Shown: piece by piece, positions 35,901-47,600 of the stretch | Layout of the letters: each line of letters opens with the position of its first letter | Position numbering within the stretch: position 1 is the stretch's first letter | Source of the DNA: Bugula neritina | Lineage: Eukaryota > Animalia > Bryozoa | Reading direction: 5' to 3' | Assembly: GCA_964035545.1 (NCBI GenBank) | Contig: OZ037767.1 | Location: forward strand, 27,792,628-27,856,627 | Length of the DNA stretch: 64,000 bases | Translations under genes and position numbers: made by a program | The notes under the pieces: generated by a model | What the model saw: the letters and a program-made list of their open reading frames with translations, nothing else | What the model was told of the DNA's origin: nothing | Databases searched by the model: none

Positions 35901-38900
35901 AGACGCTAATCTAAGTAAGTCCTTCGAAACACCAACTCTGATTACACCGACAAAGAAGAAAGATGCATCTCAAGAAACTAAAGGTACTTTTTTTGCTGCT
36001 TTATTAACAAACTAAGAAAGTGAATTTCGGTATGTATTCAAGTGTAGGTATAGATGTAGATACAAGTGTAGCATAGGTGTACATATAGGAGTAAACAAAA
36101 TTTGAAAAAGACTTGAAAATAGTATGATTTATTGTGGTATTGTATTGGTGTATTGAATACATCATAATTGGTAATATAACATATGCTGCCGTTCTAAAAC
36201 ACTCAGCGGCTATTATCTGTAGAGTCAGCGGCCCCGATGCCAGTTAATGCCATGACAGTAGAAGAACTGGAGCGGCAATACAGCTCTGAGCAATCATCTC
36301 AAACTCCGCCCACTTCTTCAGTTTCTATTCCTTCCCACATAAACTCTCCCGGTCTGCTCTCACCGAGTGCTAGTTCTCATAACACGATGTATCGTCCCCC
36401 AGTAGGCACGCAGGCTCAACTGAATGGGGGACCTGTCTACCCACCTGCCCATATGCCATTTCGTATGGAACATAGGCTACCTAGGGCTACAGCATATCGA
36501 CACCCACCGCAAAGAGGTGAGACATCTGTGACATCTTAGAGACTCAGACTATCGTGTCTGCTATTAGCTAATATTTTGCATTTAGTTTGGTGTTTGGTTT
36601 TTAGTATGTGGTTCTCTAGTTTATCATGAATTAGGAAAGGATGCATGTATAAACTAAAATATAGTTGCCTGGTATAAATGCTGTGACTTGTACTGCAGGT
36701 ATGCAAGATCCTCAAATGTACAGAATGACGAGGGGTGCCGTGCCCCCACCCTATCCTATGAGATATGGTAATATGCCACCAAACTTCAGGCCAAGGAATA
36801 TGCAGCACAGCGCAATGGCCCCTCCTGTTTTACGCTATGGTAATAATGTTCCCCCTCAGCGGGCTAGAATGATGGGGCCACAAGGAATGAATATGTAAGC
36901 ATTCAGTGTTGAACTAGCTTCTTTATAAACTCTGCAATAGGCCATGTCATTCAATATTACAAAAAAAATGCACCTGAAAGGGATATTGTCATTGGGTTAT
37001 TTGTACTCAATTTGGGTCTATTTGATAATGTAGACGGTAAGCATATTGTGCTTATGTATCTATACCATACTAGATGTAGCTGTTGACAGTTTCTCAGATG
37101 TAAGGTGTCATTCGGAGACGGATTTTGATGACTCGTACATCATGTTAATAATTTTATTTTACATTATAACTCTTCCGCCGCTTTGTACTTTGATATATCA
37201 TTAGAAAACCTGAAGCTCACTGAGTATGCATGGCAAGGAGACAATAACATAAAAATATAGAAATATTGTACAGGAAAGCAAAGGTGTCCTTTGGATGCAT
37301 TATGCATGACTAATATCTGGATGGTGTTGTTTTTTTTTCAAAAAAAATTCTCAGCATTAAAACAAAACGCTGGCAGTTGAATTATTTCTAATGATATATG
37401 AGAGGGTTGGATATGAAAAGACCTTTAAATGCTACATTTGAGAATTGCTCTGTTTGCTATGCTACATCTCGCACAATAGGAGTTATGCTGTAGACACCAA
37501 TGGAAATGCTTTCTATTGTTTAGAATGAATCAGCATCAAATGCAGCAACTTCACCAGCAGATGTATAACCTTCATATGCAGCAGCAGATGCATGGCGCTG
37601 CCTATCCCAGAGACGAGTACGCCGGGCTGCTGACTAAACAAGAAAAGGATTGGCTGATTAAGATACAGATGCTACAGTTACACACGGATGATCCATACAC
37701 AGATGACTACTACTACACTGTGAGTAGAGTATGCTCTGGTATCCGGTGGTTGGTTGACTGTTTCATAGACGAAGGAACATTGCATGAACCAGCAGTATCG
37801 CACTAAATTGTAATCGATATTTAATTTGACAATGTGTATTGAGTTATCTGGCTATAGTTGTACAGCTGTTCGTGGCAAATGAATTATGTGCAACATTTAT
37901 ACATTTGTATGACATGGTTTTCACTGAAAAACTAAATATGATTTATATTAGATACAATATAATTATGAAAATAGAATATGATAAAACTGTAATGTAATAA
38001 TATGAATAAATAAATATAATAATATAATAATATACATGTAATATAAATAAAAGATGAAGCAGTTAGAAGACTTGTCTATGTGTGAGAGATGTTGGTTTTA
38101 CTATAAAGTTGTGCCTGTGGTCTGTGTACATGCGTTCATAATATTATAAGCATTCATATATGTATTCAACGTCCTTTCTATGAAGACTGTTTCTATAGAT
38201 ACTCATTCTACACATATGCTTGATACAGATAATCTTTATTTACATGATACTTATATAATTGTTTTTCCCATTAGAATTTCTCTTCATCTAAATATCTTCT
38301 TCGTAGATATTTATGAAGCTCTTTTTAAGCATTATTTGTCTATATGTTCTTTCTATAGATACAGCATGTCCCGATATTATACATTTATCTAGATATCATT
38401 TATGTAGATATTACATATCAATATATTATTTATGTAGACATTATATATCTAGATATCATTTATGTAGATATTATATATCGATATATTATTTATGTAGATA
38501 TATAACATTGAAAAGAATGATGAATCTGACGATGACTCACCTGACGACGGTGATTCATCGAGTAAGTTTGTCCTCCCAGCTATGGCTAAGCTAGAGACAA
38601 GAACTTACACACCCATGCAGTTTGAGGGTTCACTCGGCCGTCTCACCTCTTCCAGTGTACACAAACCCCGTCAGGTAAGTACCTCTGCACACACTTATCA
38701 GGTGTACTCACAGTGTCTTTATTAAACACTCTTCACATCAATGGTTTGTGAGAGACAAATGGTTGGTAGGTCTGTTTCATTTGTATGATTTTTATTTCAT
38801 TTTTGGCTTTTATACCTTCTCTGCAGTTTACAAAAAGCATTCTAAGTTATTGAAGAATCTACAAGCCTAACTTGTTTCATGGATTTGCAGGTGCTGGATG

Positions 38901-41900
38901 TTGGGGACAAAACTGAGCAGGCAACTCCAGCGCCTCTGGAAACCAAAAAGTTTAAATCTACTCTTTTAAAGTCAGAGCAGGTGTGTTGTAGAATATATAA
39001 GACAAAGCAGTTAGTTTCCAATATAGTGGATAAAATTTCTGCGAGGCCTGCAACTCCTAGACTGGTTTAAGCACCTTGACTTGAATTAATACGTCTTCTT
39101 ACTTATTAGGCTTTAGTAAAAGCATTAGGTTCTGCTATAGGGAAGGTGTAGACCACATCACTATGTTCTGTGCTAATGAGGGGGCAAATCCTGAAATAGT
39201 TTTTGTACACAGATTAAATTATAATGAGTAATATTTTTTACGAGAACAGATAGAAATGTAAATATATTTCCTGTTAGTAAGAACTTTCTGTGCTAATAAT
39301 AATATAGTTATTACCTACTGTAGGCTTTATTTCGAAACTTGGTTGTGAAAACCTGTTATTCCGTATTATTTTATAGGCCTATCAGCATATACTAGACATT
39401 GATGAGCTGAACAAGAAGATGCCAACTGTGCCGGAGGAAAAACGGTCTGTCTAGCATGTTGTTTCTAAAGCAAATTTCAACACACTGTAATAAATCTAAC
39501 CTAACCCAACATTGGTTACTACGTAGGCAGTTTCCAAGATTTGTATATTTTATTCCAGAAAAGAGTTGGAAGAAGACTGCAAGGCTAAGCTGCATAGTTT
39601 GTATCATATAGTCGAGGAGACCTGGTCATCTTTTATACCTATAAGGAAGGGGCGGTCCTTAATACTCCGAACTCTAGCTGTGGTAGACAAGCCAAGTTCA
39701 AGGTCGTTATTTGATAGGCTGCTAAGTTCTCTCGGACCATTTATTAAGAAAGAGCTAGCAGATCCTGTAAGTGTTACATACTTAGTGAAGAAGACTTTTG
39801 TTTGTATTATTTTCTTTTTGACTGCATGTTGGAGTAGTGATAGGGGAGTTATCCCTCTCTTATCTTTTGGCGTTCCGCTACAATATTGACTCTTTCTGAT
39901 TTTACATTACAACAGTAACTGCTTCTAGTATCATGTTACTGTAGTAACTGCTTCTAGTATCATGTTACTATAGTAACTGCTTCTAGTGTCATGTTACTAT
40001 AGTAACTGCTTCTAGTGTCATGTTACTATAGTAACTGCCTCTAGTGTCATGTTACTATAGTAACTGCCTCTAGTATCTTGTTGCTATAGTAACTGTTTCT
40101 AGTATCATGTTACTATAGTAACTGTTTCTAGTATCATGTTACAACAGTAACTGCTTCTAGTGTCATGTTACTATAGTAACTGCTTCTAGTATCATGTTAC
40201 TATAGTAACTGCTTCTAGTGTCATGTTACTATAGTAACTGCTTCTAGTATCATGTTACTATAGTAACTGTTTCTAGTGTCATGTTACTATAGTAACTGTT
40301 TCTAGTATCATGTTACTATAGTAACTGCTATCTCATAGTACTGAATGTTTCTCAGGTTAGTCTAAAGTGTATAAAGGGTATGAACGGTGTGTTGCAAACA
40401 TGCGATATGTCCAGCCTCCTTCTGATAGCTAGTCATGTGACACCTCACCTGAAGTCTGCTGTCAAAACATCTGTGAGTCATGCTACTTGTTTTTACACTT
40501 GTAAATTATTACTCAATATGTTGTTGATAAGGAGCACCTTGTAGGCTTATAAGTTCTATGATATAAGGAAATGGGATATTTTATTTGTTGCTTAAATTTG
40601 ACAGATACCATCTAAGAACACGTCTCAAAGTCTGGTTGTAGTTTTATGTCAATTGGAGTACTTTGCTATACTTAAAAGTTGAAGTCATTTCTTAAATTTT
40701 TGCAATCGTAGCTAAAGTTACCAATTAGCGTAATATAGTGCTGGTATAGCTTATGAAATCACGTGCTAAACTGATTTGACTTGTATTAATGCTGAATTAG
40801 TCAAAATGTATCCGTTAGACAATCTGCCAGGACTGTTTACTAAAGGTGTGTTTGATTTTCAGTTTGGATGTTATCTCATACTTCACTCCATTAAACAAGC
40901 AGAGAAAATCTTCTCGGCCTTTGTGGAGTTGTCGGAAGAGCTTAAACAATCTTGGTAAGGTGCTATAGTTGTGTTGGTAGAGTGCTATAGGTGTGTTGAT
41001 AAGGTGCTATGGTTGTGTTGGTAGTGTGCTATAGGTGTGTTGGTAGAGTGCTATAGTTGTGTTGGTAAGGTGCTATAGTTGTGTGTTGATAAGGTGCTAT
41101 GGTTGTGTTGGTAGAGTGCTATAGGTGTGTTGGTAGAGTGCTATAGGTGTGTTGGTAGAGTGCTATAGTTGTGTTGGTAGAGTGCTATAGTTGTGTTGGT
41201 AGAGTGCTATAGGTGTGTTGGTAGAGTGCTATAGTTGTGTTGGTAAGGTGCTATAGTTGTGTTGGTAGAGTGCTATAGGTGTGTTGGTAAAGTGCTATAG
41301 GTGTGTTGGTAGAGTGCTATAGTTGTGTTGGTAGAGTGCTATAGGTGTGTTGGTAAAGTGCTATAGTTGTGTTGGTAGAGTGCTATAGGTGTGTTGGTAG
41401 AGTGCTATAGTTGTGTTGGTAAGGTGCTATAGTTGTGTTGGTAGAGTGCTATAGGTGTGTTGGTAAAGTGCTATAGGTGTGTTGGTAGAGTGCTATAGGT
41501 GTGTTGGTAGAGTGCTATAGGTGTGTTGGTAAAGTGCTATAGTTGTGTTGGGAGAGTGCTATAGTTGTGTTGGTAGTGTGCTATAGTTGTGTTGGTAGAG
41601 TGCTATAAGTGTGTTGGTAAGGTGCTATAGGTGTGTTGGTAAGGTGCTATAGGTGTGTTGGTAGAGTGCTATAGTTGTGTTGGCATGGTGCTATAGGTGT
41701 GTTGGTAGAGTGCTATAGCTGTGTGGGTAGAATGCTGTAACCTAAATTGTGATGAAATAGTTTAATTTTGAAGGTTTATTCAAAGTACTGTAAACTTCTC
41801 AGAACTTGACTGCTGCCAGTTTCAATACGTTGTGTCTGAAAGAATACTAGTTTGCAACTAAACACACAGAAAGGCAATATATTCAACTTGCTTGCGTTTA

Positions 41901-42253
41901 TACTTTCTCGTGTGCAGTTCTGATACTGATTTGATATTCAATTTCTTTACAACTCGTTCTGGCAGATCCATGGACTGCCCTCCCCCTTCAAGCTAACAAT
42001 TGGCTAGTAAATGCCAGGATCCTTGGTTACATCGGCAATTCTATTTGTATGGTTATCTTACAGGTTCACATTTGTTAGCAATTTCCTGAGTATGGTGGAA
42101 AAGTCAAAGTCTTTACCTAAACTGAGATCCATGCCGGTGTTGGCCTATGACCACCTCGGTAAACAGGCTGGGAGTGCCGCCGCCCTCACCAGAATCAGTC
42201 ACTGGTTCAAACATCCTCATCAACCTTTGCAGCCTCAACAACCTGCCGGCTGA
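32997..42253 (+). CDS. PATL1: PAT1 homolog, mRNA decapping activator, ~709 aa, 15 exons
   Basis: Exons 32997-33023, 34687-34771, 35009-35073, 35160-35318, 35818-35983, 36223-36516, 36699-36894, 37524-37719, 38498-38674, 38891-38980, 39377-39444, 39559-39766, 40356-40472, 40863-40954, 42064-42253. Motifs [12 protein letters not shown]...FDWD, MTVEELE, a Pro/Gln-rich region, [49 protein letters not shown] and IRKGRSL. The first exon is tentative. Confidence 0.94.
33226..33896. mobile_element. Non-autonomous piggyBac-type element in PATL1 intron 1
   Basis: TTAA|CCCTTACGCGATCAA ... TTGATCGCGAAAGGG|TTAG (14/15 TIR match, right TTAA mutated). Subterminal direct repeat GATCAATGGACCATAT. Flanked by (TAC/TAG)n microsatellite on both sides. 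Confidence 0.85.
38385..38500. repeat. 30-bp tandem repeat containing the PATL1 exon-9 splice acceptor
   Basis: TTTATGTAG|A recurs with the AG ending at 38407, 38437, 38467 and 38497. Confidence 0.9.
39020..39213 (+). mobile_element. Decayed retroelement fragment ending in a hammerhead-like motif
   Basis: TCTGTG-CTAATGAG-GGGGCAAATCCT-GAAA-TAGTTTTT-GTA-CACAGA at 39167-39213. From memory, the upstream sequence resembles non-LTR (RTE-like) element 5' regions; the left boundary is approximate. Confidence 0.45.
39907..40328. repeat. 29-bp minisatellite (~14.5 copies) with internal palindrome GTTACTATAGTAAC
   Basis: Unit GTAACTGCTTCTAGTRTCATGTTACTATA directly visible. Confidence 0.96.
40952..41738. 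repeat. 22-bp minisatellite (~35 copies) beginning at the PATL1 exon-14 donor
   Basis: Unit TTGGTARRGTGCTATAGKTGTG; the first unit overlaps the TG|GTAAGG donor. Confidence 0.96.
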
Positions 42254-44612
42254 GATGAAACTATTTATGCATAAAGTTTAGTAACATTATGTGTATAATC
42301 TAATAATATGATGTATAACCGAGTAACAGGATGAGTGTGATCTAGTAATATAATGTGTATAGTTTGTATATGAAATGCATGATCTAGTAAGATGCTATGT
42401 ATAGTTTAATAATGAAGAAAAGAAATGATATGACCAATATTAAATTTGAACTGCCCATGTTATTTTGTACACATGTTGGATATTTCTCATATATTATCAA
42501 GTTCCTTATTGTTCATGTCTTGCATTTTCATTATTTGATTTTTTTAAACGTTCACTCAAGCATGATAGGGCAAAGTTGAAATATTCAGTTATTATTTAAG
42601 CTGACTTTTTAGGTAATCGAATCACAATTGTATTTACTCAAAACTGATCATTGTTATGATTCTTTCCCTTTTCGCATGATACATGTCTAGTATTTTCTGT
42701 GGCTCCTTTCTTCTATTATATTTTGCAATAAGCATGCCGAAATAATTTTTAGTAAACACAGTCATGGCACTTTACTTGTGAATATAATTTAATTACTGTT
42801 CACACTCATCTTTTCTATGTGTACAAAAGTTCTATGAATGCTTTTTTATACTTTAGTAAAATCTAGATGCTATGCTATAATATTACATTAAGGCGAAATA
42901 TGTTATGCCACCACAAAGCTAGAAATTTCCTGTATGAATAAAAAGTACTTTTTTCGAAACTATTATGTATTGGTTTTGGATTATATGCGGTATTTTCGTT
43001 TAGCTTCAGATGCTTTGTTTTTCGAATTCCACCAAATAAATTTGCTCGTGATACAATGCTATAATCTCTCCCTTTTCAGGATAATCTTAAAAATTAGTTT
43101 CAGCATTAATTTTAAGTTTCACCAATTATATCGTATGAGCGAAAATATAACAATTAATAAATATTAAAGTATAGGCTTTAATTAAATTATTCAGGCAGCT
43201 ATTCCAGGACAGATGTAAACATAAGATTATATATTGCGATTAAAAAGCAAATCAGAAAATTTTTACGAAAGTACACAAGGTTAGGGGGTCCATTGCCGGC
43301 TGAATGTACTAGTAGGTCTACTAGTTGTGGTACGGTAGAACTCTTTTCAGACCTCTAAGCTAATCTTTACCAAACTCGCTTAAAAAAACAAGTCGGTCTC
43401 ACATGAAAAAAAGATTATCAATTGGCCATGATCTCATAACTAACTTATGACATGCAATTGGTTAAGTAGTTTACTGCACTTAATCCAGTTGGTAGGGAAA
43501 AACTGTATGATTTACCCATGCACCTATATAATCTATATTACATGCTAACTTCCAGTCTGAAATCTTTTGGTTTGGTAGTAAACTAGTATTAAAATTTTAA
43601 TTGAAGTCAGCGTGGCAAAAATATCAATTCTCTACAATTATATGGATCGAGTTATAAAAGAAGCTCCCATGAAATTAGCAGCTATTAAGATCTATTTTCA
43701 TATACCTTTTCACGATGTATGTTTTGACACCCCATCATATTTGAAATTGCTTCCCCTCGTAGGTAAAAAGTGGACTTTAATGAACAAGAGCCACCATTAT
43801 TAGTTACTTTTATAATATACTAGTATATACATTTTTATAATTATGTACCTATATTGACTGATATACATTGCACTGATATACATGCTTCAAAAAGACTCAG
43901 AATGAGCTTGTTTAGTAGATAACATCACTAAGCATTTCAATTAATCAGAAAATAATTAGTTGCTGCCTGACAACAGCTCATAATGTCAGCAGGGACTTGC
44001 AAACATGTTTTGTGTGCACTTCACTTGCTGTTGTTATATTTCTATGATAAGAGAGGCCAACACTATAAAACATAGTCTGTAATTTTACTCTTAACATGTT
44101 ACTATAGTGCCCCACCCCAACATATGCATGCCAACTTTAATAAAACTTTTTATGAACTAAAGAGTTGTTTCCAAAGGCAAATTAGTGGAATTTATGATTC
44201 TAAATTGAGTTAATTATAATTTTACAAATACCAAAATGCCTACATTTTACTTTTCAATTTATTTTAAGTTAACAGTTGTGAAATAATTGGGATTTAAGAT
44301 ATTAGAAATGTCAAGTTAATGCAAGTTTATGCAGTTTCACCTTGGCTGTCAGCTTTATGTAAATTTCAATAATGGTGCATAGCATTCTGTCTTGACAATT
44401 ACTCGCAAACAGTTGCATAACACTGGCAATAAAACATCAGAGTAGTTTGTTTGAACTATCTATTTTATCTATTTTCACAATGGAGAATTGTTGAATTATT
44501 ATAATTCTAGATATTTCATCAAAATTTAAAAGTTTAACGCCTGCATAAGCAATAATTTAGCAAAATCATGATATTTGGCTAAGCTGAAACTGTTGGTTTG
44601 CTGACTCCTTGT

Positions 44613-45893
44613 TTACAGGCCAAGATGTTTCAGCTCTCTTGCCATTTGACACATGCTTAGCTGGGTGCAACAGACAAAGGTCCAAAAGTCATTTGGAATC
44701 GATCCCTGTAATGGGCAATAACAAATATCACGTGATACAATATTATAAACAAACAACTATAATTGATTTTACCTAAATAAGGATGACATGCTATAATTAG
44801 ATTCTCTTAATTTTCATTAACTCTCTTAATTTTCCTTCAATTCTTTATATTTGAATGCTTATGGAGAAAATAATAATTCGAACAATGAACCTAATAAAAG
44901 AATAAATTTGAAAGAGACTAAGGCAATTTATAAATGAAAAGCAATTTATAACTACAAATAAGTAATCATAGATTTAATTGGTTTAAATTCAGATTAGTGA
45001 ATAGAGTAAAAGGAAAATTTAAACCCACCTGAATGCCATACATGGTTCTTAACTTAGTTTTCATGGCCACCCAACTGGTTCCCGCGAGGCACCATCCAGT
45101 GCAACAACAGTCTTCACCAACACCTGTAGCTACACTGCAGCCAAGGCATGGTAAGCAGAAGTAGCCCATCAAACCTGCAGAGAAGTATAGTCTATTTATT
45201 GCAATAATAATATGGACTATTCAGGCATATAAATTAAGTATTTTGAACAGGAACTATGCTTTAATACCAGTTTTGGTTATTTTTTCAAATAAGCTAATTG
45301 CTTAATCAAAGCAAGCCATGTGGGTTTAATATAACTATCCTCAATTGAATAAATGTGAATTTTGGAAACAAAAGTTTTGTTGAAACAATTATATGTAGCC
45401 ATATATGGTTTACATTGAAAAAATATTTTCAAATAACAATTATACAGTGAAACAGCTTTGAAACAAGCTTACAGATGCCGCAGTCATCACAGCAACTACA
45501 CAGTCCAGAAGAGAAATCTCTTATGTTCTGTGGTATAGGCACCGTCATTGGCTGTTGGGTCATTGGTGGAGCATATCCTGGTTGCTGGACTCCCTGGGGT
45601 GGATGGGCTACTTTATTAGCCACTGCGACACAATATTAACTAATTACTTTATTTATTCTTTAATTAAACTCATAATCGATGATGCTGAAATTATTCAGTC
45701 AAAAGTGGCTATGCAACCCCTTCTTTCTATTTAGCTATTTCTACAGTTTGTCAAATATTTTACTAGTCATCTTAATACAACATAATTTAAATCAGCAAGA
45801 AATTAGAAGTATTGTTTTGAGTTATTTGATTTGAACTCATAATGTATAAAAAGAAATTTATTTGTCTTAATTGCATTAAAATAAATACTTACT
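44613..45893 (-). CDS. PLAC8/cornifelin-family cysteine-rich protein, paralog A (~129 aa)
   Basis: Exons 45893 (A of ATG, inferred), 45622-45473, 45174-45029, 44705-44613. Sequence RDFSSGLCSCCDDCGICLMGYFCLPCLGC...LRTMYGIQGSIPNDFWTFVCCTQLSMCQMARELK is the PLAC8 domain signature. Confidence 0.9.
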
Positions 45894-47310
45894 TCTCGTT
45901 AGTGTATGTACTTCTGTGTGCACGGCTAAGTGGTAAATAGCTAATGTAATAATGTATCACGCCCTACATTACATGAGGTGATCTTATCAGTAATCAGTTC
46001 GTTTGCATAATATACCAAACAACACAGTATAATAGAATGTTTCGGCTTTCGGTCAACAAGAATTCGCATAGCCCATTTGAAAGTTTGTTGGTTATAAGCA
46101 AAGTTAAAACGTAACAGATTCATACACTAAATTTTATGGAATTAATCTCATGCGGGCAATAATGGTTAAGGGAGGCAACTTAAAAATAGGTTTAGCTGGA
46201 AATGTAAGGCTGAAAGAGGTCCAGGTTAACAGAACAATTGCATTCAAGTAGAGCAAGATTAATATAAATAAATATTTATATGCAGGTATAATTTTAGATG
46301 TTTTTTTATATAAACCTGCTAGCGAGAAGGTATAAATTAGATGGGGAGATAAACATCAATTTTAATTTGCTTAACCTAACATTGGCATATTACTAATCTT
46401 ATACTGAACTATAACTGTTTGTAGTTATATAATATATGTGTGGGTGTTACTAGCTACGCAGGAAGTGCTAGCTAAAAGGAAGTGTAAACTAAATGACTTC
46501 TTCACCAAACATCTCCCACATTCTGTTGATTATCCGTTCCAAACTACTTAATCAAATTATTCAACAATATTATATTATTTTTAAATTAACGTTTTTGCTT
46601 TTTCATTTTGATTTAAACAATCTTAGGTAAAAACTTTGAAACCACTTAATAGGTGCATTTCTTTTCCTTGGCTAGTATATAGCTTAGGGAAGCTATGGGA
46701 AGAATGGAAATCTTTCGCTAACACATTAACAAGCTGATGTACAAATTTACACTCAAAGCAGTGAAACTGTCAGTAATACTGACTTTGGACTATCAAATAT
46801 GACAAGTATATAATTGATATATTCCAGCACTTGAATCTGAAATTTCCTCATCTTGTATTTTACACTTGATGTGTATAGAAGTACGATTACACTTGTATAC
46901 ACTCTGTCTAATTTTAAGCTTTTCTAGTTGATGTGTATAGCAGCACTATTATACTTTTAAACACTTGTCTAAATATTTTAATGGGTTTGTTATATGCATG
47001 CCTCATTCCATTTGTTCCTTATGAGCGTTCCAGTTTACATAACTCAGAATAACCTGTCTACTGAATCAACACAAAAGCCACTCAACACCACAAATATTTA
47101 AATTTACTTGAATACTTCAAAGAGTAAAATACATTTGTGGAAACTTTAACTATTTGTCTAATTGCATAATAATGCTTCATTTTAATCAATTTTTTTAATT
47201 CATAATACTTTGTAAAATTCATCAACCCTATTTTACTTAGCTGAGTCAACTAAGTAAGTTTGATTAAGTACTTCATGAATAACTTAATTCTTCTATTCTG
47301 GTTTCTAAAT

Positions 47311-47600
47311 GTATGTTATATACATATCATATACATATTATATACATACTATATACATATTATATACGTATTATATACATATTATATACATGTTATATAC
47401 ATGTTATATACATATTATATACATGTTATATACATATTATATACATATTATATACATATTATATACATATTATATACGTATTATATACATATTATATACA
47501 TATTATATACATGTTATATACATGTTATATACATGTTATATACATATTATATACATATTATATACATATTATATACGTATTATATACATATTATATACAT
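47311..47600. repeat. 11-bp minisatellite (CATATTATATA variants)
   Basis: Directly visible; source of the Y/I-rich ORFs. Confidence 0.95.

Noticed and set aside
39907-41738. CRISPR-like arrays of 29- and 22-bp repeats
   Set aside because: Units are head-to-tail with no unique spacers, lie in eukaryotic introns and have no cas genes nearby.
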